From IMG/VR virus record IMGVR_UViG_3300025529_000001, positions 1-64,000 of that record: a stretch of DNA of 64,000 nucleotides; one strand, written 5' to 3'. Source of the stretch: a virus. Below are positions 38,524-46,228 of this stretch, one piece after another. The first letter of the stretch is position 1, and every line of letters starts with the position of its first letter. The position numbers were made by a program, and so were the translations under genes. The notes under the pieces are model-generated. The model had not been told where the DNA came from, did not search any database, and saw only the letters and a program-made list of their open reading frames with translations.

Positions 38524-38895
38524 TTACCTAATGATTGTATTGACTGTTGCATTCCCTTTGATAACATCACAATTAATACTTGTTCCTGCAGAAGCGTCTC
38601 CATAAATATTATCACAGTTAACGCTAGTTCCTGCTTCAACATTGCCTTTTATATCATCGCAGTTAACGCTAGTTCCTGCTTCAACATTGCCTTCGACATT
38701 TCCATTTATGTAAATAGATTCATCGCTGATAATCTTATCAACATTACAAAGAATCTGTACTTCTATCTTTCTATCATCGATTCCGTTTTGTAGCACACCG
38801 TCAACAATAACCTCGTTGTTGTTGGCGATTATGCTGTCTCCAGTATAAGTTTTTTCATTAATTACAACTTTACTATTTTTACCAAATATTCTCAT
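38524..38895 (-). CDS. Bactofilin-like beta-helical repeat protein
   Basis: Repeats of G-N/D-V/A-x-A-G-T-S-V/I-N-C-D-x-I, including two identical 15-aa units GNVEAGTSVNCDxIx. Resembles the polymer-forming bactofilin (DUF583) repeat pattern. Confidence 0.5.
   Translation of the reverse strand: MRIFGKNSKVVINEKTYTGDSIIANNNEVIVDGVLQNGIDDRKIEVQILCNVDKIISDESIYINGNVEGNVEAGTSVNCDDIKGNVEAGTSVNCDNIYGDASAGTSINCDVIKGNATVNTIIR
38570..38704. repeat. Three tandem 45-nt units inside the bactofilin-like gene
   Basis: 38615..38647 and 38660..38692 are identical (cagttaacgctagttcctgcttcaacattgcct). A third, degenerate copy lies at about 38570..38614. Confidence 0.8.
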
Positions 38896-38916
38896 ACGCT
38901 TCTCCTTTCTATATAC

Positions 38917-38945
38917 ATTATATCATTAATCATTTCTCTTGTCAT
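38917..38945 (-). promoter_or_regulatory. SigA-type promoter
   Basis: Minus strand reads ATGACA-17 nt-TATAAT with TGa. Hairpin CCCCTA/TAGGGG (38953..38975) lies just upstream. Confidence 0.5.
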
Positions 38946-39046
38946 TTGATTACCCCTAGGCTAAAGGCATAGGGGTTTTCGCAATTTTTTATAAATTTAT
39001 ATTCAGCTACAAGGTTTACTACAATCTTTCTTATATTATCACTTCA

Positions 39047-39217
39047 TTATTTAACTCGTAATTGAGATTCTCCAAAGAATAACACATCTTCCATACCGTC
39101 AACGTCGACAGCGTAAATCATACTTGGCTCACGAAATTCATTGATATTATAGATAGTACCTTTACCAATCATATTACCGTTTTTACCTAAAATTTCTACT
39201 CTATCTCCTACTTTCAT
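39047..39217 (-). CDS. Hypothetical small protein (below ORF-track cutoff)
   Basis: MKVGDRVEILGKNGNMIGKGTIYNINEFREPSMIYAVDVDGMEDVLFFGESQLRVK. RBS GAGGTGA lies 5 nt upstream. Confidence 0.45.
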   Translation of the reverse strand: MKVGDRVEILGKNGNMIGKGTIYNINEFREPSMIYAVDVDGMEDVLFFGESQLRVK

Positions 39218-39327
39218 TATTTCACCTCATCTTATTTAATTAAATCCCATTCCCTTTTTGAGAAATTCTGCCTTATTAATAATTTCATATACTTTCATAT
39301 ACTTTACATCTTAATAAGATATTTATT

Positions 39328-39483
39328 CTATATAACTGTTTCATAAACCAAACATTTCTTGATAATTTTTTCAATTGTGCCATCTTGTGATTTAGTATAT
39401 ACTTCGCTATCTTTGTATTCCTTTTTAAGCACCCCTTTTTCAACCATATTCTCTAATTCTTCATGGGTTATTACAACGTTCAT
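39328..39483 (-). CDS. Hypothetical small protein (below ORF-track cutoff)
   Basis: MNVVITHEELENMVEKGVLKKEYKDSEVYTKSQDGTIEKIIKKCLVYETVI, with a GAGGTGA RBS. Confidence 0.4.
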   Translation of the reverse strand: MNVVITHEELENMVEKGVLKKEYKDSEVYTKSQDGTIEKIIKKCLVYETVI

Positions 39484-39520
39484 CATTTCACCTCATTTTC
39501 TTAATAAAAGATTTATTTTA

Positions 39521-40297
39521 TCAATTTAACTCATTCAATCTCTGATTGGTTATATCTACTGCTTTCTTATTTAAGTCACAACCTATGTAATTCCTTCCTA
39601 ATTCCTTAGCAACTACTAAGCTTGTGCCACTACCACAGAAAAAATCAGCTACTAAATCCCCTTCATTCGTACTTGCTAATATAATTCTCTCAATAAGTTC
39701 TTTTGGTTTTTGCGTATTATAATCGACTCTTTCTTTAGATTGACTGTTTAAAATGCTAATTTCCCACACATCTCTCATAGCCTTTTTTCTTTCCTCTGAT
39801 ATATATTGTTGTTTTAACTTTCCATCATCCTCTTTTTTAGAAAACCTACTACCTTTGTGTTTTGACTTTTCACTAAAATCTTCATATTGGATATTGTATA
39901 TGTAATTATTTGATTTTGAATATCTTAAAATATTGTCGTGACTTCTTACAAAGTCTTTTCCAGAATTTGTCCATCTTGAATAAGACCATATAATTTCATT
40001 TCTAAAATTATCTTCACCAAATATTTTATCCATTTCAATTTTTATGTAATGTACTAATCTCCAATCCATTTGCAAATAAATTGTTCCTGTTTCTTTTAAA
40101 ACTCTAAACATTTCTATTAATCTTGGTTTATACCATTCTATAGCTTTTTTCGTGTCTCCTAAATTGTCATTATAGTCTCTAAATTTCTTTCTAGTATTGT
40201 AAAGGATATCACAATATATTAAATCCACCGTATTATCATTTAAATTTTTAAGTAATTCTAAATTATCAGTTTGATATACCTTGTTTACTTCTATCAC
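39521..40297 (-). CDS. Beta-class (N6A/N4C-type) DNA methyltransferase homologue with atypical motif IV
   Basis: C-terminal AdoMet motif I FFCGSGTSLVVAKELGRNYIGCDLN. The N-terminal motif IV position reads DLIYCDILYN instead of D/S-P-P-Y/F. Confidence 0.65.
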   Translation of the reverse strand: MIEVNKVYQTDNLELLKNLNDNTVDLIYCDILYNTRKKFRDYNDNLGDTKKAIEWYKPRLIEMFRVLKETGTIYLQMDWRLVHYIKIEMDKIFGEDNFRNEIIWSYSRWTNSGKDFVRSHDNILRYSKSNNYIYNIQYEDFSEKSKHKGSRFSKKEDDGKLKQQYISEERKKAMRDVWEISILNSQSKERVDYNTQKPKELIERIILASTNEGDLVADFFCGSGTSLVVAKELGRNYIGCDLNKKAVDITNQRLNELN

Positions 40298-40386
40298 AAA
40301 TACTTCCCTCCTTCTTTATAAAGTATTTATTTTTTATCAATATTTACAAAAAATCTTTGGTCGCTTTCCATTTGTCCAACTATGGT

Positions 40387-40620
40387 CTAATTATCCCCTT
40401 CATTTTTTGCATATCCATTTCTTAATTCACTATTTAAATCTTTTATATTATCTTTTATAATATTTAATTCGTCAATCAATTTACATAAATCGTTTATGTT
40501 ATATGTGTGAGTTGCATTATTAACACTATCCACTCTAAAACTATAGCCATTTTTACTTGTTCTAACTATTTGACCAGTAAAACTTGTACCTTTAACTTTA
40601 AATTCTTTATAAAATTCCAT
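40387..40620 (-). CDS. Hypothetical protein
   Basis: 77-aa ORF with an AGGAGGAA RBS. Confidence 0.45.
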   Translation of the reverse strand: MEFYKEFKVKGTSFTGQIVRTSKNGYSFRVDSVNNATHTYNINDLCKLIDELNIIKDNIKDLNSELRNGYAKNEGDN

Positions 40621-40733
40621 TATTATTCCTCCTTTTTAAATCCTACTATTATGTTTTGTTTTTGCCATCATTTTCTTATTTGTTTCAACCTTACATACAA
40701 CGGAGTAGCTCACTATGATAAATAGAAGTTTTA

Positions 40734-40937
40734 TCAATCTCTTGGAAGAATTTCATTTAACATTTCAATGACCTCTACTTCTTTAATATCATTACCATTT
40801 GCATCTCTGACAAGTAGACTATGGTTTAAATCTAATTTATCTCCGTATGTAACAAGCACTTCTCTTCCATTGCCAACATCCCACATCAATCCCAAAACAT
40901 TATCACCATTTTTTACTGCATATTTAAACTTCGCCAT
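40734..40937 (-). CDS. Hypothetical protein
   Basis: 67-aa ORF with an AAGGAGAAA RBS. Confidence 0.45.
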   Translation of the reverse strand: MAKFKYAVKNGDNVLGLMWDVGNGREVLVTYGDKLDLNHSLLVRDANGNDIKEVEVIEMLNEILPRD

Positions 40938-40984
40938 ATTAAATTTCTCCTTTTACTAATTTATAAATTAAAAGTTTCATCAAT

Positions 40985-41200
40985 TTATTTAAAATTTTTT
41001 ATCATATCTTGTAGTTCTTCTATTACGTCTTTCTGACCTTTATAATAGAAAGAATCATCATAATCCTCTCTGTCTTCTGCATCTTTAATACATCTTTCAG
41101 ACCTTTTAATAAATTTGTTCAATAAATCATTAAATTTTTCTGGGTCTATAATAACGTAACCTTTTTCCTCTCCATATTGACCATCTTTCACAATTATCAC
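40985..41200 (-). CDS. Hypothetical protein
   Basis: 71-aa ORF with an AGAGGTGA RBS. Confidence 0.45.
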   Translation of the reverse strand: MIIVKDGQYGEEKGYVIIDPEKFNDLLNKFIKRSERCIKDAEDREDYDDSFYYKGQKDVIEELQDMIKNFK

Positions 41201-41226
41201 CTCTTGATAAATTATTTATTTTTTAT

Positions 41227-41964
41227 TCACAGTTTATTAATTCTAGGTACAATGATTTCGTCAATATATTCCTGTTTTGTTTCAGTGGCAATCCATTGTC
41301 TACCCAATTTGATACATGATTCTATTTCTGTACCACTACCAGCAAACGGAATATATACCAATTCACCTTTATTGCTGTGTGCTTCAACGATAATATTCCC
41401 AAGTTCAATTTTCTTCTGTGTTTTATGACTTGTTCTTTCATCTTTTGTCATACTTCTCTGAATATCCCAATAGTTTCTCATCTGTTTACCATTATTGTAT
41501 TTCTTTAAGTCATCATGGTTAAAAGTCCAATCCTTATCACCATTACAGTACCATAAAATAAATTCTGTTGAATGTGCATACCCTCTTCTTGATACATTTG
41601 GTGGGGCATCTCTCTTCACCCATGTAATCATATCTATAAACTTCATTCCAGTTTCATCTAATAATGATTTCATATCAAAAATAGATTCTCTTGTACCATA
41701 AACAAGAATTGAGCCGCTTTCCTTTAATATCCTTTTAGACTCACTTATCCACTGTCTGCTAAACTCTAAATATTTTTCTTTTGAGTCAAAAATATCCCAA
41801 TCCTCACTTAAGGTTTGTATATTACCATGTGACTTACCTTTAAGTGGTTTTTTCTTTGCGATACCATAGGGTGGGTCGCATATCATTAATGATATTGATG
41901 AATCATCAAGTTTTTCCATAAAAGATACACAATCTTCATTATAAACTTTATTTAATTCTATCAT
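41227..41964 (-). CDS. Beta-class DNA methyltransferase (DPPY; probably N6-adenine)
   Basis: Motif IV LMICDPPYGI near the N-terminus and motif I IPFAGSGTEIESCIKLGRQWIATE near the C-terminus. Confidence 0.8.
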   Translation of the reverse strand: MIELNKVYNEDCVSFMEKLDDSSISLMICDPPYGIAKKKPLKGKSHGNIQTLSEDWDIFDSKEKYLEFSRQWISESKRILKESGSILVYGTRESIFDMKSLLDETGMKFIDMITWVKRDAPPNVSRRGYAHSTEFILWYCNGDKDWTFNHDDLKKYNNGKQMRNYWDIQRSMTKDERTSHKTQKKIELGNIIVEAHSNKGELVYIPFAGSGTEIESCIKLGRQWIATETKQEYIDEIIVPRINKL

Positions 41965-42017
41965 TATATCACATCCTAGATGTATTTATTTTAATATTAG
42001 TAAATAAAACTCGCATT

Positions 42018-42230
42018 TTATTCAATAGGATAAAGTCCTGTAATATTAGAATATTTAACTAGCAACATTTGCTCCTTTTCTTCATTCCAAAATGCACTTA
42101 ATCCATTGGGGTTGAAGTTTTCACATACACCAACAAACTCATTTTCTTTTTCATAATTATATTTATTGTTCGTCTTTTTATAGAAAACTAAATATTTACC
42201 ATTACCAATATTATAAGAATTTTTCCTCAC
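42018..42230 (-). CDS. Hypothetical protein
   Basis: 70-aa ORF. Confidence 0.4.
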   Translation of the reverse strand: MRKNSYNIGNGKYLVFYKKTNNKYNYEKENEFVGVCENFNPNGLSAFWNEEKEQMLLVKYSNITGLYPIE

Positions 42231-42301
42231 ATTGTTTCACCTCTGTATAAAAGAAAATTTTTATTAAAATTTATTAATGAATAAGATTATTAACTGTCTT
42301 T

Positions 42302-43175
42302 TTATATACTAAACACATTTAACCATTCTTCGTTAAAATCTTTTCTCTTACCAGAGATTCCACCTTTACCCCTTTTACTAACAATTAAATGTGCGTTATC
42401 CGTCATTTTATACCCTTCTGAAACATAAATCTTACTTTTTTTCTTATGCAATTTAATAATTGATAATAATTTATGTATATAAGAATTTACATCAAAATCA
42501 AAACCATAACCTGCTGCATTTTTATATGGTGGGTCAATGTACACTATACTATTATTATCAAAGTTACTATGTCGTTTATATCACCATAATATCCAAACAA
42601 TCCTTCCATTTTTTCCAAAATAATCTCTACTCTTTTAAATAATGTTTCTGGCATCGGCATCATAGGATTTACAGGGCTTTTCCTATTGGATGTTTCTGTT
42701 GGCAACCAATAATTTCTAAAACTTATATTCTGCCATTTATTATTTTCAACCCATATAGCTTTTGAGCCAAATGCACATGCTTGAAGAATTAAGAATTTAT
42801 AAACCATATTATCAAACAATCCATCGTTAGCAGGTTGTTTCGCCATTTCTTCTGCATATAATTTAATTTTTGTAATATCTTTAGGAATACTGTTTATGTA
42901 AAACTTAAATACATCTATGCTAAAAGTTCCATCACCGATTTTCTGCCAAAATAATCCCCAAGGCGATTTATCTACCATGATTATATTGCTAGGATTTACA
43001 CCTCTATTAACCAATTCAATAGAAATTGCTCCACTACCACAACATAAATCATAAAATTTTGTTTCTTCATTTATTCCATTTTCTTTGAAGAAAATGTCGA
43101 CAATATCTTTTGCGATACGCTGTTTACCGCCTTGATATGCACATGGTATTGTTAATTTATTCTTTTTTTAGCCAT
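42302..43175 (-). pseudogene. Alpha-class (Dam-like) DNA adenine methyltransferase interrupted by two frameshifts
   Basis: ATG at 43175 then an A7 run. The 0 frame stops after 7 codons (MAKKRIN*). The -1 frame continues KKNKLTIPCAYQGGKQRIAKDIV...FYDLCCGSGAISIEL (motif I). A second frame change near 42575..42590 leads to ...NNSIVYIDPPYKNAAGYGF (motif IV). Confidence 0.65.
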
Positions 43176-43226
43176 AATACACCTCGCTACACAATTATTC
43201 ATTGTATTCGATAAAAATTCATTTTA

Positions 43227-43706
43227 TTAATCTTCTACAACGGTAAATCTATCATCTTTTCGCCAACCATAGTTATATGGTTTGATAGTGTTCTGTACTA
43301 AATTTAAGCATAATCCCAACATATCTTTTATGAATTGCTCTTTTTCATCACCCCTTACACCCTCGTCATCAAAACTCCACATTTGGATTGCCTGTAATGT
43401 ATCGCATCCACTACAAGAGCCATATCCAACATATGTCATTAAGTATTCGGATTCAGAAGGCTGATATGTATTTTGTGGAATTATGTATAACAATGTTCCT
43501 TGATAATCTCCGTTATCGATTTCTGTTATATTTTCAGAATCAAACTTATCACCATAATAATCATCTTCATCATTAAAGATAATATCTACTACTTTTACAA
43601 CTAAGTCTTTATATGAAGCATTATTATATTCTGCGAAGTTATCTTCAATGTCTTTTCGTAGTTTATCTTTGTTTTTATTCCATTGTTCAATACAAAATTT
43701 TAACAT
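43227..43706 (-). CDS. Hypothetical protein
   Basis: 159-aa ORF containing GYGSCSGCDTLQ. No family recognised. Confidence 0.45.
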   Translation of the reverse strand: MLKFCIEQWNKNKDKLRKDIEDNFAEYNNASYKDLVVKVVDIIFNDEDDYYGDKFDSENITEIDNGDYQGTLLYIIPQNTYQPSESEYLMTYVGYGSCSGCDTLQAIQMWSFDDEGVRGDEKEQFIKDMLGLCLNLVQNTIKPYNYGWRKDDRFTVVED

Positions 43707-43742
43707 AATATCCTCTCCTTGATAAAATTATCCTTTAATTTA

Positions 43743-44456
43743 TTATGTATTTTTTACTTGTTGTCCAATTCTTTCACATGCTTTTATGTAATATTCTTTA
43801 TCTAACTCGAAAGCTATAAAATTACGATTTAATTCTTTACATGCGTGTGCCAAACTTCCACTACCACTAAATGGCTCTAGTAAAATGTCGCCTTCATTAC
43901 TATGTATCTTAACTAAATCTTTAATTAATTCTAATGGTTTTTCCGTAGGATGTATTCTTTCTTTGCTATGTACTACAGGATATTCAAAAATTGCATTTTC
44001 ATATGTATCACGCTGTCTATTAAACGTCCAACCATTACCCTTTGTTGCCCATAGTGCAAATTCACAAGAATTAACATATAGTCTATCTCTATTTCTTGGC
44101 ATGGGGTTAGATTTCTTCCATATAATCATTTGCTTGATTAAATATCCTTTTTCTTCTAGTTTATCTTTTATATAACTCATATTTTTCCAACTGTTAAAAA
44201 TTACAATGTTTCCACCTTTTTTAAGCAATTTATCAGCATAATCAATCCATGCAGTAAGGTCAAAATCTTTATCCCATTCTCCGAAGTCAATACCTTCTCT
44301 GCCCATTGTCTTAAAGTTATTATCTTGACTTACATTAAAAGGAGGGTCGGTAATAATATTATCTACGAAACTTCCATATTTATTAAATAATCTCTCCATG
44401 CCCTCAATGCAATCCATATTATAAATTTTATTCAATACTTCTTGTATATTACTCAT
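43743..44456 (-). CDS. Beta-class DNA methyltransferase (DPPF)
   Basis: Start set at MSNIQEVLNKIYNMDCIEG (RBS GAAAGGA). Motif IV NIITDPPFNV and motif I LEPFSGSGSLAHACKELNRNFIAFE. Confidence 0.8.
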   Translation of the reverse strand: MSNIQEVLNKIYNMDCIEGMERLFNKYGSFVDNIITDPPFNVSQDNNFKTMGREGIDFGEWDKDFDLTAWIDYADKLLKKGGNIVIFNSWKNMSYIKDKLEEKGYLIKQMIIWKKSNPMPRNRDRLYVNSCEFALWATKGNGWTFNRQRDTYENAIFEYPVVHSKERIHPTEKPLELIKDLVKIHSNEGDILLEPFSGSGSLAHACKELNRNFIAFELDKEYYIKACERIGQQVKNT

Positions 44457-44475
44457 TGTATCAATTCCTTTCACA

Positions 44476-44552
44476 CAATTCTTACGTAAGGAAGCCACTG
44501 GCTTTAGCCACGTGGAGGAATTGCGTATTTTAAACACGCTACGTAAGAATTG
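44476..44552 (-). repeat. Nested inverted repeats at the 3' boundary of the iscB module (candidate element end / terminator)
   Basis: Outer perfect 13-bp inverted repeat caattcttacgta (44476..44488) / tacgtaagaattg (44540..44552), which spans the iscB stop codon. Inner hairpin CCACTGGCT-tt-AGCCAcGTGG (44495..44515). Confidence 0.6.
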
Positions 44553-45819
44553 CTACCTCCTTTCTATAACTATACCCATCAAAGTGTTGTACAACTGAAA
44601 AATATTTATGATTTACACCTTGTACAACTCTTTGACATTCCTTGTCTTTAATATCAAAATTACCTGATTTTCTACATGCAACTTCTCCGTACCAAATGCC
44701 TTTATATTTTCCTTTTGGTATTTCAGCTTTAACCATATCTCCTGTTTGAAAACCAAAGAAATATTTTTGTCTTGCTAAATATCCCCTCGGAAAGCCGTAT
44801 TTATCTAAATTTGTTCTACAATGACTGCCTCGACCTTTTGCCTTTATGTATAAAACATTTTTAGTTTTAAAATATAATTTATCTGGTGTGCTTTGCCCTA
44901 CACAACAAGCATCAAAATAATGTTCTTTTGGCAATCCTAATTTGATTCTATTCATTTTTGTTAGAGCACCTGTACCACATTCTACTTCTAAACCACTATT
45001 GTTAAGCAAATTATAAACTTTCCATCTTGTAGAATTTACTACAGAAGAATCTTTTAATGTTTGTTTAACTTGTTTTTGCATATCAGGATAACCAAATTCT
45101 TCTGCTGTCATATTACCTTTCTTCTGGTTACACTCATGGCAAGCTAAACAGAGATTATCAATTCTGTTTGTTCCACCCCTTGATTTTGGTATTATATGTT
45201 CTACTTCTAATGGGATGTTTTCTTTTCCACAATAACAACATTTTCTACCAAACTTTTCAAGTAAATATTCTCTAATTTCATACCCTTGAAGTGTACCTTG
45301 TTGGTACTCAATGCCACTTATTTCAGGATTTTGCATTAATTGAGTATCAAACTTAACATTTTCATAAGATATGTGAGTTAATGGAATTAATTTTTGTAAC
45401 CTATTAACCCATGTTTTTATATTATTAACCCTACTTTCTAAACTTGGTGGTATCCATCCTTCTTTTCTTTTTCTATTTAAAAATCTTGGTTTTCTATATC
45501 TTGTTCTTCTATTTCTTCTGTTGCGTCTAAACATACGTCTATCATCAAGTTTCTTTTTAATATCTGTTCTGTGGTCTATTTGAGCTAACCATATTACATT
45601 GTTATTTTGTAGTATAGCTAATCCTGTATGCTTACTACCGTAATCAATTTTTAATCTATATTTTTTCTTGTTTTTAGTGTCTTCTACTGATTTTTTTAAT
45701 ATTATCGTAAATGGGTATTTTTTAAATATTGTTGCTTTGCCTTGTTTAAGCAGTTTTCTTGCAACTGCTTCGTGGCAAGGTGATAATGGTTTTTTATTTG
45801 CATCTAATACAAATACCAT
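44539..45819 (-). CDS. iscB: IscB-type RNA-guided nuclease (RuvC with inserted HNH, PLMP N-terminus)
   Basis: Domain order read from the translation is as follows. PLMP-like MVFVLDANKKPLSPCHEAVARKLL. RuvC-I KIDYGSKHTGLAIL. Arg-rich bridge helix RRMFRRNRRNRRTRYRKPRF. RuvC-II ISYENVKFD. HNH CCYCG..LEVEHIIPKSRGG..NLCLACHECNQKKG. RuvC-III KEHYFDACCVG. A C-terminal beta-rich domain follows. RBS AAAGGAGAAA upstream. Confidence 0.8.
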   Translation of the reverse strand: MVFVLDANKKPLSPCHEAVARKLLKQGKATIFKKYPFTIILKKSVEDTKNKKKYRLKIDYGSKHTGLAILQNNNVIWLAQIDHRTDIKKKLDDRRMFRRNRRNRRTRYRKPRFLNRKRKEGWIPPSLESRVNNIKTWVNRLQKLIPLTHISYENVKFDTQLMQNPEISGIEYQQGTLQGYEIREYLLEKFGRKCCYCGKENIPLEVEHIIPKSRGGTNRIDNLCLACHECNQKKGNMTAEEFGYPDMQKQVKQTLKDSSVVNSTRWKVYNLLNNSGLEVECGTGALTKMNRIKLGLPKEHYFDACCVGQSTPDKLYFKTKNVLYIKAKGRGSHCRTNLDKYGFPRGYLARQKYFFGFQTGDMVKAEIPKGKYKGIWYGEVACRKSGNFDIKDKECQRVVQGVNHKYFSVVQHFDGYSYRKEVAILT

Positions 45820-46057
45820 AGGAATTTCTCCTTTCTCTGCTTACGCAGGTAATGTCCTTCTCGACAAAGTTATCTATGTTTGTATGTACAACACACTGGC
45901 TTAACCCACTACACCTGTTTAATGTTGTACGACAGGGTTTAAGACTGAAGGAGCATCCTAAAGTGTCATAACATAGATAACGTAGGTTCTGTTTCAAACC
46001 TTAGTCTGGTCAACATAAGGCTATCAAGCCCACGACTTTAGTCGTTGGGTAGTTGAC
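45820..46057 (-). ncRNA. Candidate omega RNA (IscB guide/scaffold RNA)
   Basis: ORF-free and visibly GC-richer than its surroundings. Lies between the promoter at 46064..46092 and the iscB RBS. Contains the hairpin CCCAaCGAC/GTCGTGGG (46029..46049), a perfect 12-nt long-range complement (45869..45880 with 45970..45981), and AGACTAAGG/CCTTcAGTCT pairing. Exact ends and the guide segment were not determined. Confidence 0.55.
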
Positions 46058-46063
46058 TATTAT

Positions 46064-46092
46064 ATTATATCATTATTTACTATGTTTGTCAA
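46064..46092 (-). promoter_or_regulatory. SigA-type phage promoter driving the omega-RNA/iscB/methyltransferase unit
   Basis: Minus strand reads TTGACA-aacatagtaaataatga(17)-TATAAT with TGa. The spacer closely resembles those of other promoters in this window. Confidence 0.6.
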
Positions 46093-46228
46093 TGGGTAAC
46101 ATCATTAAACAGTTTTCGGTTTTCATTATTGTTCCGAATCAATATATAAGTATCTTCGCCACCTTGTTTCTCAATAACACTTAAACTGTTTAAAATGTCT
46201 AAAACTTTTTGTTTTTCATTTTCCAATG

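Noticed and set aside
38238-38642. A 134-aa ORF overlapping the 3' end of the bactofilin-like gene.
   Set aside because: Its upstream two-thirds is an out-of-frame read of the repeat gene and intergenic DNA. Only the last 63 codons, starting at MVEELF with an RBS, look genuine.
46089-46226. A 45-codon ORF with a TTG start (MENEKQKVLDILNSL…) ending inside the -35 box of the IscB-module promoter.
   Set aside because: It has a weak RBS, a non-ATG start and no motif. It was kept only as a note because it defines the upstream flank of the putative insertion.
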